From Elusimicrobiota bacterium (lineage in GTDB: Bacteria > Elusimicrobiota > Elusimicrobia > Elusimicrobiales > UBA9959): a stretch of DNA of 64,000 nt. The position numbers and the translations under genes are program-made. The notes under the pieces are model-generated. The model ran no database searches. It saw nothing but the letters and a program-made list of their open reading frames with translations, and was not told where the DNA came from. Positions 21,609 through 29,524 of the stretch are shown one piece after another (within the stretch, counting starts at the first letter, position 1; each line of letters opens with the position of its first letter). Location: assembly GCA_036574205.1 (NCBI GenBank), contig JAINCQ010000028.1, positions 64,001 to 128,000 on the forward strand, in the 5' to 3' direction.

Positions 21609-21862
21609 TTTTGTAACTCTCTGGATTTTTTTATTATAACTGAAAAAATCTGTGAGATTTCATTTTTATATTTCCCTGCGTTTTTTTTAACATTTGTCAT
21701 AACTTTTTTTTCTCTTGCTTTATCTGTTATTTTTAAACCAATTTTTTTCTTTACATCTCCTATCCTGGAAGATAAGTTAAATCTTTTTTTCAAAAGTTTT
21801 ACCAGTTTGATATCTATTAAATCTATTTTCATTCTTAAATCTTTTATTTTATGTTTTACCAT
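21605..21862 (-). CDS. Monofunctional chorismate mutase (AroQ/CM_2 type)
   Basis: LRMKIDLIDIKLVKLLKKR...IGDVK...DKARE...SRELQ. Confidence 0.9.
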   Translation of the reverse strand: MVKHKIKDLRMKIDLIDIKLVKLLKKRFNLSSRIGDVKKKIGLKITDKAREKKVMTNVKKNAGKYKNEISQIFSVIIKKSRELQK

Positions 21863-22529
21863 AGTTTAAAACAAGTCTTTTTATGTGCGGAGAATTTATA
21901 ATTTTATTAATTCTAAAATAAGAGTTTTCTTTTAAATAAATAATTTCTCCGCTTTTTTCCTCTTCTAATTTTATAACATTTTTATCAATACAGCTATATT
22001 TACAGTTTCCTATTTTATACTCATATGGGCAAAACCTTGTCATTGCAAGATACTCAAATGGATAATAGTATGATAAAGGTATTTTTGAGTCTTTTAATTT
22101 TTTAACGATAAATTCTTCATCTGTTTCTACATATTTTATTCGATATTTTTTTATGAAATTTGAGAGAAAATTTATGTCCATCCTTAGATAATCATGCGAA
22201 ATCGGCCTTGACAAAAGGACTTCAACCATAAATTCCCTTCTTCTTATTTCGTTTATAAATCCTATATCAGTGGCTGAGACCTCAACCTGAATTTTTGATT
22301 TTGTTAGTTTATTTAAGAGTAATATTGCTTTTTTTACATTGTTGTCATTCATAAGAGAGGTTGCAATAGTTAAATTTTTAATTCCATTTTCGTAAAGAAA
22401 TTTTATGTGTTTAAAATCTGGAATAAGGTTAGCGCAAAAATTAGAGCCAGTATAGACTCTATCAAATTTTTTTAAGTATTTTATATTAAGATTATCAAAA
22501 GGATTTATTAAAATTGCTTTTTCTAACAT
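21849..22529 (-). CDS. U32-family Fe-S protein, UbiV-like subunit
   Basis: DRVYTGSNFC (C32) plus LAMTRFC-x8-C-x3-C (C167/C176/C180): a 1+3 Cys layout like UbiV; adjacent to a U32 gene. Confidence 0.6.
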   Translation of the reverse strand: MLEKAILINPFDNLNIKYLKKFDRVYTGSNFCANLIPDFKHIKFLYENGIKNLTIATSLMNDNNVKKAILLLNKLTKSKIQVEVSATDIGFINEIRRREFMVEVLLSRPISHDYLRMDINFLSNFIKKYRIKYVETDEEFIVKKLKDSKIPLSYYYPFEYLAMTRFCPYEYKIGNCKYSCIDKNVIKLEEEKSGEIIYLKENSYFRINKIINSPHIKRLVLNYGKT

Positions 22530-23362
22530 ATAAACCTGTATTTTAAAGAGAGTTTTTTGTAAATTTTATCATAGTCATTGACTGCTTTTAGCGCCTGGGA
22601 TAAAAATTCATCTTCAGTTTTGGCTTTTTCCGCAATAGCTGAGATAAGCTTTGCTTCGGAAAATATTAGTTGTGTAAGATTAAACAGAGGGGATCTGCCT
22701 ATTTTAACTATATTTACCCCAAGTTTATAAAACCTGTAAAATTGTCTTAATCTTTCCCTTGTAGAATATGTTGTCATTCTAAATATTTTCCCATCGTTTA
22801 AATAGGTTTTAAGACAAGCTGTTGAATCTTCTCCATGGCAGTTTAAAAAACATATCCCGTTAAACATCTTACAAGTTTCTCTATGTTTTATAAACATTTC
22901 AGTTTCTATTTGTTTTATTATATTTTTTGCTTCTTCCGGGGTTATTTGTTCACATAGCGCTATTCTTTTAATGCCGTAATTTTTGAAAAACTTAAGTGAA
23001 TATGAATTGAGGCATAGGCTAAGCGTTGAAAGAATTGTAAAAAGTTTTAATTTTCTTTTTTTCAACTCCTCAAAAATTGCTATATCTTTGATTATAAAAC
23101 CGTCAACCCCAGCCTCAGCTAGTTCTTCTATGGCTTTTATTGCTTCCCAGATTATTTCCCCCTGAACTTCGTTTGCCACATAAAAAAGTTTTTTCCTGCC
23201 CAATAATTTCTTTGCTTCTATAAAATCTTTTTGTTTTGAAAAGTTTGGCGCTTTTTCCACATGAGATGGTATATACGAAAGTCCGCAGTAAAATTCATCA
23301 GCGCCAAGTTTAAGGAATTTTTCTATTTCCTTTAAAGTTCCGGCTCCAACCTGGATAATCAT
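22523..23362 (-). CDS. U32-family Fe-S protein, UbiU/TrhP-like subunit
   Basis: GADEFYCG, GVDGFIIKD, LSTL..CLN, GIKRIAL, EMF..H..C-x6-C-x3-C-x7-C, VKIGR. Confidence 0.8.
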   Translation of the reverse strand: MIIQVGAGTLKEIEKFLKLGADEFYCGLSYIPSHVEKAPNFSKQKDFIEAKKLLGRKKLFYVANEVQGEIIWEAIKAIEELAEAGVDGFIIKDIAIFEELKKRKLKLFTILSTLSLCLNSYSLKFFKNYGIKRIALCEQITPEEAKNIIKQIETEMFIKHRETCKMFNGICFLNCHGEDSTACLKTYLNDGKIFRMTTYSTRERLRQFYRFYKLGVNIVKIGRSPLFNLTQLIFSEAKLISAIAEKAKTEDEFLSQALKAVNDYDKIYKKLSLKYRFIC

Positions 23363-23398
23363 AACTAAATTCTATAAAATTTATGTAAAATATTGTTT

Positions 23399-23800
23399 AT
23401 GGAAGATAAGATTTTTGTAATTGCGGTAGATGATGATGATGTAATACTTGATATGTATAAGGGGGGACTTGTAAATTATGATGTTATGGTTTTTGACGAG
23501 CCTAAAAAAGCAAGGGAGTATCTTTTTGCAGGGAACAGAAAGCCTGATATAATCCTTATGGATATAATGATGCCTTCAGTGGATGGTATAACACTTATAA
23601 GGGAGATACATTCAAGCGATAAACTTTGCGACATTCCCATAGTAGCTGTAAGCGGGCTTTCTGATGCCGCCACATTAAACGATGCTATGCTTTTTGGCGC
23701 TGTGGATTATATTATAAAACCATTTGATATTGTTGAACTTTCAAACAGGATTAGGTCAATAGTAAAAAAATATAAAAACAGGAAGATGGAGGAAAGATGA
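23399..23800 (+). CDS. Single-domain response regulator
   Basis: VDDD, DIILMDIMMP, IVAVSG, KPF. Confidence 0.9.
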   Translation: MEDKIFVIAVDDDDVILDMYKGGLVNYDVMVFDEPKKAREYLFAGNRKPDIILMDIMMPSVDGITLIREIHSSDKLCDIPIVAVSGLSDAATLNDAMLFGAVDYIIKPFDIVELSNRIRSIVKKYKNRKMEER

Positions 23801-24963
23801 ATATTTTAGGGTTATTTGGAAAAACCGAGGATGGTTCGACAGAAAGGCTTATTCAGTATTCTTTCTTATATTTTGCTTTTTATGTAATTTATACAATGCT
23901 TACTAAAAGACTTCAGGAGCTTTATAAACTTAGTGGAACTACTTTTACAGTGTATAATACTATCGGGGGGATGCTAATTTGCATATTGGTTGTGATAGTT
24001 TTGAAGTGGTATAAATTTAAATCTTCAACTTATATAAAGTTTTTAGGTATTAATATGCCTAAAGAGTTTTTATATATAATACCATCCGGGGTTTGCACTG
24101 CTATTATTATTCCCACAACAACCCTTATGTATACTCTCCCAATTTCAGTTATGGTTGCTATGATAATAATGAGGGCAAGCATTATAATTATAAGCAGGGT
24201 TATAGATCAGATTCAGATATGGCAGGGGATATTAAAAAAGAAAGTTTACTGGGAAGAAAATGTGGGTTCTATATTTGCCATTTTAGCTTTAAGCGTTCAG
24301 TTATTTATAAAAATTCATACAGGGGATGATTTTAGGATTGATTTTTTTAAGGTAAATCCCGGAGATTTTGATTTTATCAGAAATAATGCTGCAATGATGA
24401 TTCTTACTTTTTATCTTGGAGCTTATACTATCAGGCTTTACATAATGAATTATTATAAAAACACAAGACCAAAAGGCGCTGTTTATGATACGAAAGGTTT
24501 CTTTGCGATAGAGCAGATAGCAAGCACTGTAGCAATACTTCTGGCAGGTTTTCTTTATTATTATTTTGCTGAAGTTGATACAACTGTTGAAGGCTATAGC
24601 AAAACCTTTGCTTATCAATATAAATTTTCTTTTGATAATGTGCCTGAGAAATGGGGGATGATTGTTGCAAGTGGAATCCCTTTTGGTATGGCAGCCTTTT
24701 TTTCAGTATTTTTATTTATGTTTAAAGGAAGAACAGCAACCTTTGCCGGGCTTGTAAATAGAATAACCTCTCTACTTGCGGGAACCTTTTCTACAATATT
24801 GTTATGGCTTTTCTTTAATAAGAAGGCGCCTAAAAATGAGGATTGGATAGCTCTCATCCTTGTTTTTATTGCTATATATTTTCTTGGAAAAGGCGAAAAG
24901 AGGAGAGCCTGTGAACTTATTTCAAACAAAGAAATAGGAACGACAACAGTTAAATGTAACTAA
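23797..24963 (+). CDS. Multi-pass membrane protein, unknown function (possibly transporter)
   Basis: About 9-10 hydrophobic segments. Confidence 0.6.
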   Translation: MNILGLFGKTEDGSTERLIQYSFLYFAFYVIYTMLTKRLQELYKLSGTTFTVYNTIGGMLICILVVIVLKWYKFKSSTYIKFLGINMPKEFLYIIPSGVCTAIIIPTTTLMYTLPISVMVAMIIMRASIIIISRVIDQIQIWQGILKKKVYWEENVGSIFAILALSVQLFIKIHTGDDFRIDFFKVNPGDFDFIRNNAAMMILTFYLGAYTIRLYIMNYYKNTRPKGAVYDTKGFFAIEQIASTVAILLAGFLYYYFAEVDTTVEGYSKTFAYQYKFSFDNVPEKWGMIVASGIPFGMAAFFSVFLFMFKGRTATFAGLVNRITSLLAGTFSTILLWLFFNKKAPKNEDWIALILVFIAIYFLGKGEKRRACELISNKEIGTTTVKCN

Positions 24964-24988
24964 AATTGATTATGTAGAGGTATATTAA

Positions 24989-26314
24989 ATGAAAAATAAT
25001 CGAGTAAATATAGTTGTTATCGGAACGGGATATGTGGGGCTTGTAAGCGGAACGTGTTTTGCGGAGATGGGGCATAGAGTTGTATGTGTGGATAATAATG
25101 AAAATAAAATAAAACTTTTAAAAAAGCTTAAAATGCCGATTTATGAGGAAGGGCTTAAAGAACTTGTAGAAAAAAATGTAAAAGCAAAAAATCTTTTTTT
25201 CACCACAAGCATAAAAGAAGCGATGAGTTTTGAAGGTAAAATAGCTGAGGCTGTTTTTATAGCAGTTGGAACTCCCCCCCGGGATGATGGCTCCGCAGAT
25301 TTAAGCGCTGTTGAGAAAGTAAGCGCTGAGGTTGCTGTCAATATGCAAGATTATACTGTTATAGTGGAGAAGTCTACTGTTCCAGTTGAAACATGCTTGT
25401 GGATTGAAAAGACTATAAAACGATACAATAAGAAGAATATTCCATTTGATGTATGTTCAAATCCAGAATTTTTGAAAGAAGGTGTTGCAATAAATGATTT
25501 CTTAAAACCGGACAGGATTGTTATTGGAGTTCCCTCAAAAAGAGCAGAAGAACTTTTAAGAAAAATATATAAACCGCTTTCAAAATATCCAATGCTTATT
25601 ACAGATGTAAAAAGCGCTGAGATTATCAAACATGCCTCAAATTCTTTCCTTTCCACAAAAATATCCTTTATTAACGCAGTTGCCAGATTATGCGAAAAGA
25701 CTGGAGCAAATATAGATGATGTCGCAAAAGGAATGGGGCTTGACAAAAGAATTGGTCCTGATTTCTTGAAAGCTGGAATAGGATTTGGCGGATTTTGTTT
25801 TCCAAAGGACCTTGAAGCGTTTTACTGGCTTAGCAAGCAAAGGGGGTATGAATTTAATTTATTGAAAGAGGTAAAGAAAATAAATGATGAACAAAAAAAC
25901 TGGATGGTGGAAAAGGTGGAATCTGAACTATGGAATATAAAGGGGAAAACAGTTGCAATCCTTGGCCTTGCTTTTAAACCGAAGACAGATGATATGAGAT
26001 TTGCGCCATCAATAGATATTATAAATTCTCTTTTGGATAAAGGCGCTGTTATTAAAGCTTATGATCCAATAGCGGTTGAAAACGCAAAAAAAATATTTGG
26101 GAAAAAGATATATTATGCTAAAGACCCTTATGATTGTATTAAAGATGTTGATTGTATATGTCTTGTTACTGAATGGGATGAGTTTAAGACTCTTGATTTT
26201 GAAAAGATTAAAAAGATAGCAAAGCATCCTATAATTATAGATGGAAGAAATTTTTATTCTCCACAGAAAATAAGAGATATGGGATTCACTTATATATCTG
26301 TTGGAAGACCATAA
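24989..26314 (+). CDS. ugd: UDP-glucose 6-dehydrogenase
   Basis: GTGYVG, VGTP, KSTVP, NPEFLKEG, GFGGFCFPKD, IDGRN. Confidence 0.95.
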   Translation: MKNNRVNIVVIGTGYVGLVSGTCFAEMGHRVVCVDNNENKIKLLKKLKMPIYEEGLKELVEKNVKAKNLFFTTSIKEAMSFEGKIAEAVFIAVGTPPRDDGSADLSAVEKVSAEVAVNMQDYTVIVEKSTVPVETCLWIEKTIKRYNKKNIPFDVCSNPEFLKEGVAINDFLKPDRIVIGVPSKRAEELLRKIYKPLSKYPMLITDVKSAEIIKHASNSFLSTKISFINAVARLCEKTGANIDDVAKGMGLDKRIGPDFLKAGIGFGGFCFPKDLEAFYWLSKQRGYEFNLLKEVKKINDEQKNWMVEKVESELWNIKGKTVAILGLAFKPKTDDMRFAPSIDIINSLLDKGAVIKAYDPIAVENAKKIFGKKIYYAKDPYDCIKDVDCICLVTEWDEFKTLDFEKIKKIAKHPIIIDGRNFYSPQKIRDMGFTYISVGRP

Positions 26315-26379
26315 TTTTTAAATAATTAATGAGATGATCCTTGAAAAAAAAGGTATTGTTAGATTTTAATGGAGGGGTA

Positions 26380-27312
26380 ATGAGAATTGTTATTACAGGT
26401 GGTTGCGGTTTTATAGGCAGTCATCTTTGCCGCTATTTTATCAATAAAGGGCATTATGTTGTCGCAATAGATAATTTATTGACTGGAAGAATTGAGAATG
26501 TAGAAGATCTTTTCCATACCGGGAGGTTTGAGTTTATAAAATACAATGTGACAAATTACATACATGTAAGTGGAAAGGTTGATGCCATTTTACATTTTGC
26601 AAGTCCTGCCAGCCCCATGGATTATCTGAAATATCCAATTGCAACCTTAAAGGTTGGCGCGCTTGGGACTCACAAAGCTCTTGGTTTTGCCAGAGAAAAA
26701 AAAGCTATATTTATGCTTGCCTCAACATCAGAGGTTTATGGCGATCCTCTTGTAAATCCACAACCTGAATCTTACTGGGGCAATGTAAATCCGACAGGTC
26801 CGCGTGGGGTTTATGACGAGGCTAAGAGATTTGCTGAAGCTATGACATTAGCTTATCACAGGTATCATAAAATGCCGGTCAGAATAGCAAGGATATTTAA
26901 TACTTATGGTCCAAATATGAGGGTTGATGATGGTAGGGCCATACCAAATTTTATAACTCAGGCATTAAAAAACAAACCACTAACGGTTTATGGAGATGGG
27001 ACACAGACAAGAAGTTTTTGCTATATTGATGATCTTGTTAATGGAATATATAAATTATTGATGAGTGATTTAAACGAGCCGGTTAATTTAGGAAACCCAC
27101 AAGAGATGACACTTCTTGAAGTTGTTAAAAAAATAAAAGAGATTACAAGAAGTAAATCAAAGATAGTTTTCAAAACCGCGATGGTTGATGACCCTAAGGT
27201 TAGAAGACCGGATATTACGCTTGCAAAAAAACGCCTCAAATGGGAACCAAAAGTTTTGTTTGAAGAAGGGCTTTTAAAAACAATTGAGTATTTCAAGAAA
27301 GAAATATTATAA
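26380..27312 (+). CDS. UDP-glucuronate decarboxylase (UDP-xylose synthase)
   Basis: [39 protein letters not shown]. Confidence 0.9.
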   Translation: MRIVITGGCGFIGSHLCRYFINKGHYVVAIDNLLTGRIENVEDLFHTGRFEFIKYNVTNYIHVSGKVDAILHFASPASPMDYLKYPIATLKVGALGTHKALGFAREKKAIFMLASTSEVYGDPLVNPQPESYWGNVNPTGPRGVYDEAKRFAEAMTLAYHRYHKMPVRIARIFNTYGPNMRVDDGRAIPNFITQALKNKPLTVYGDGTQTRSFCYIDDLVNGIYKLLMSDLNEPVNLGNPQEMTLLEVVKKIKEITRSKSKIVFKTAMVDDPKVRRPDITLAKKRLKWEPKVLFEEGLLKTIEYFKKEIL

Positions 27313-27348
27313 TATTATTTGATGTGATGTTTTTGATATTTTGACGCA

Positions 27349-28113
27349 GTTTTGACGCAACAAAGATTTGGTCTTTGATATAATGAATTTACGAACAAAT
27401 TATCCAAATTTTTTGTTTTGACGCAACAAAGATTTGGTCTTTGATATAATGTAACGATAAAAAATCGTTACAAGTTCACTGTTTTGACGCAACAAAGATT
27501 TGGTCTTTGATATAATCCCTTGTGTTCAGATTGCTGACAAGACTCCGTTTTGACGCAACAAAGATTTGGTCTTTGATATAATTCTTAATTAAATTCAAAG
27601 TATAAGTATTATGTTTTGACGCAACAAAGATTTGGTCTTTGATATAATTTTTCACGATTTGCTCCCTATCGAAAATCCGTTTTGACGCAACAAAGATTTG
27701 GTCTTTGATATAATCGCTGGGGTTTAATGTGCAGTATAGAGACGCGTTTTGACGCAACAAAGATTTGGTCTTTGATATAATTTTATCAACATTTTATCAA
27801 CATTATTAACAGTTTTGACGCAACAAAGATTTGGTCTTTGATATAATTGACAACTATAAGAAATACGTAAGTGTTTTTGTTTTGACGCAACAAAGATTTG
27901 GTCTTTGATATAATCAAGACCCATATAAACGTTTTATCCTTCATGTTTTGACGCAACAAAGATTTGGTCTTTGATATAATTCAAAGGTTGTATAACGAAA
28001 TTGTATCAGCAGTTTTGACGCAACAAAGATTTGGTCTTTGATATAATATCAACATTATTAACACAAAATGGAATTATGTTTTGACGCAACAAAGATTTGG
28101 TCTTTGATATAAT
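27349..28113 (+). CRISPR. CRISPR array: 12 identical 36-bp repeats GTTTTGACGCAACAAAGATTTGGTCTTTGATATAAT and 11 spacers of 30-31 bp
   Basis: Repeats start at 27349, 27415, 27481, 27547, 27613, 27679, 27746, 27812, 27879, 27945, 28012 and 28078; partial ATTTTGACGCA at 27338. Orientation from 5' GTTTT, 3' TGnTATAAT and the strand of the anti-repeat. Confidence 0.99.
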
Positions 28114-28133
28114 AGGATTTCATAGTAGTGATT

Positions 28134-28163
28134 TTGACAAAAATTTAGTAAAAATGTTAGAAT
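28134..28163 (+). promoter_or_regulatory. Putative tracrRNA promoter
   Basis: TTGACA (28134-28139), 18-nt spacer, TG-n-TAGAAT (28155-28163). Confidence 0.6.
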
Positions 28164-28260
28164 TTCTTTGTTGCGTCTTAACATAAAAAGGAAATTCGGA
28201 CCTCTGCAATGCACGTCACGGATTATCCTTTACCAGAATTGAAGTTGCTCATAGCTATTC
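28161..28260 (+). ncRNA. tracrRNA candidate (3' end uncertain, may run antisense into cas2)
   Basis: TCTTTGTTGCGTCTTAAC (28165-28182) is complementary to repeat positions 1-18 with 2 mismatches; followed by AAGG..CCT, a nexus-like stem. Confidence 0.75.
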
Positions 28261-28586
28261 GGGTTGTTTGCTATATTTCGTTTACTATCTTTTATTTTAT
28301 CTGAAATAGTTACCATCTGTCCCCATTGATTATCTGTTATAAAAAGACATTTTATACTTCCAGTATTTGGATTTATTTTTTTTAAATGAGATAAAAAACT
28401 TTCTTTTTTATCCAGTGTAACAGCAGCCCTTACATACACAGAGTATTGAAGCATCAGATAACCGGCATCTAATAAATCATTTCTAAATTTGGTGGCAAGT
28501 CTTCTTTCTTCTGCTGTATCTGTTGGTAAATCAAACATAACAAAAAGCCAGCCCATTCTATATTCACTCCTTTTATTTTTCTTCAT
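28230..28586 (-). CDS. cas2: CRISPR-associated Cas2
   Basis: WLFVMFDLP, FRNDLL..GY.MLQYSVY, ITDNQW. Confidence 0.95.
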   Translation of the reverse strand: MKKNKRSEYRMGWLFVMFDLPTDTAEERRLATKFRNDLLDAGYLMLQYSVYVRAAVTLDKKESFLSHLKKINPNTGSIKCLFITDNQWGQMVTISDKIKDSKRNIANNPNSYEQLQFW

Positions 28587-29478
28587 AAATATGATCTATT
28601 TTAGGAATGTATAAAGCGCCGGGAAAAGCAGAATAAAAACAGTCTGCGACTGAAGATACATATCTATCTATTATCTTTGGCATTTTTAGTTTTTTACCAT
28701 TATATTTAAAAAGTAATGATGTAAATTTTTCAGCCACTACTTTAATAAATTCCCTTATATCTTTTTTAGGATTGTTTTTCTTAAATTCAAATAAAATTAA
28801 ATCACAAAATGGTCTTAGTGGCTCCATTAAATCATATAACAAAGGCTCTGATTTAAATCTATATTTATGATGAATTCCAAGTAATGGATTAAGCCCATGC
28901 GCTATTATTTCTCTATGGCAAAAAGCTCCCATAACAGCATAGGCATAATTCAGCATTTGATTGACTGGATGTTCTGCACCTTTCTTTTCTCTTTCTTTTG
29001 GTTTTTTATGCCCAAATTTAGAAAAATATTTTTTCCAGTAATGTCTTGCGCAATTTCCTTCATCTATATTATTGCTTTTTAAAATCTCATAAAGATTGTG
29101 AGTCACATTTAATTTATCTAAAACTTTTGCTTGATTTTCAATTTTTGCTTTTATTATTTTTTGCCATAAAGAGGAAGAAAATTTTTCATCTTTTTGTATT
29201 TGTTTTTCAAAAATTTGTGAATGGACTATGCCTGAAAATCCAGAAGTCTTTCCTATTGGTCGATAATTTTCATCGCAATGAATGATTACTGCTTTATTAT
29301 TGATTAAATGATTTAAACTTTCACCGGAAAAGGAAATACCTCTTGCAGCTACAATAACTGCTAAAATATCATTTAATGGTGCTCTTTTTTCTCCTTCTTC
29401 GCTTTTTAATACTAAAAATCCTCTATCTACTGAAAGATAACTATTATGGGTTAAGATATGTATTATATGATACGACAT
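28573..29478 (-). CDS. cas1: CRISPR-associated Cas1 (type II)
   Basis: EGNCARHYW, NQMLNYAYA, GIHH, DLMEPLRP. Confidence 0.95.
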   Translation of the reverse strand: MSYHIIHILTHNSYLSVDRGFLVLKSEEGEKRAPLNDILAVIVAARGISFSGESLNHLINNKAVIIHCDENYRPIGKTSGFSGIVHSQIFEKQIQKDEKFSSSLWQKIIKAKIENQAKVLDKLNVTHNLYEILKSNNIDEGNCARHYWKKYFSKFGHKKPKEREKKGAEHPVNQMLNYAYAVMGAFCHREIIAHGLNPLLGIHHKYRFKSEPLLYDLMEPLRPFCDLILFEFKKNNPKKDIREFIKVVAEKFTSLLFKYNGKKLKMPKIIDRYVSSVADCFYSAFPGALYIPKIDHIYEEK

Positions 29479-29524
29479 TACTTATTTTGTAATGTCTTAT
29501 TTTATCAAAAATATTAAATTTTTT

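Noticed and set aside
21849..23362. Literal protease/collagenase or bona fide ubiquinone ubiUV annotation
   Set aside because: The U32 'peptidase' name is historical for Fe-S hydroxylases; no ubiT or other ubi genes nearby, so no gene symbol was assigned.
27476..27924. ORFs with repeated YIKDQIFVASK / LYQRPNLCCVKT peptides
   Set aside because: Antisense translations of the CRISPR repeats.
27385..28077. Self-targeting spacers within this window
   Set aside because: No match seen by eye; an alignment search is needed to exclude it.
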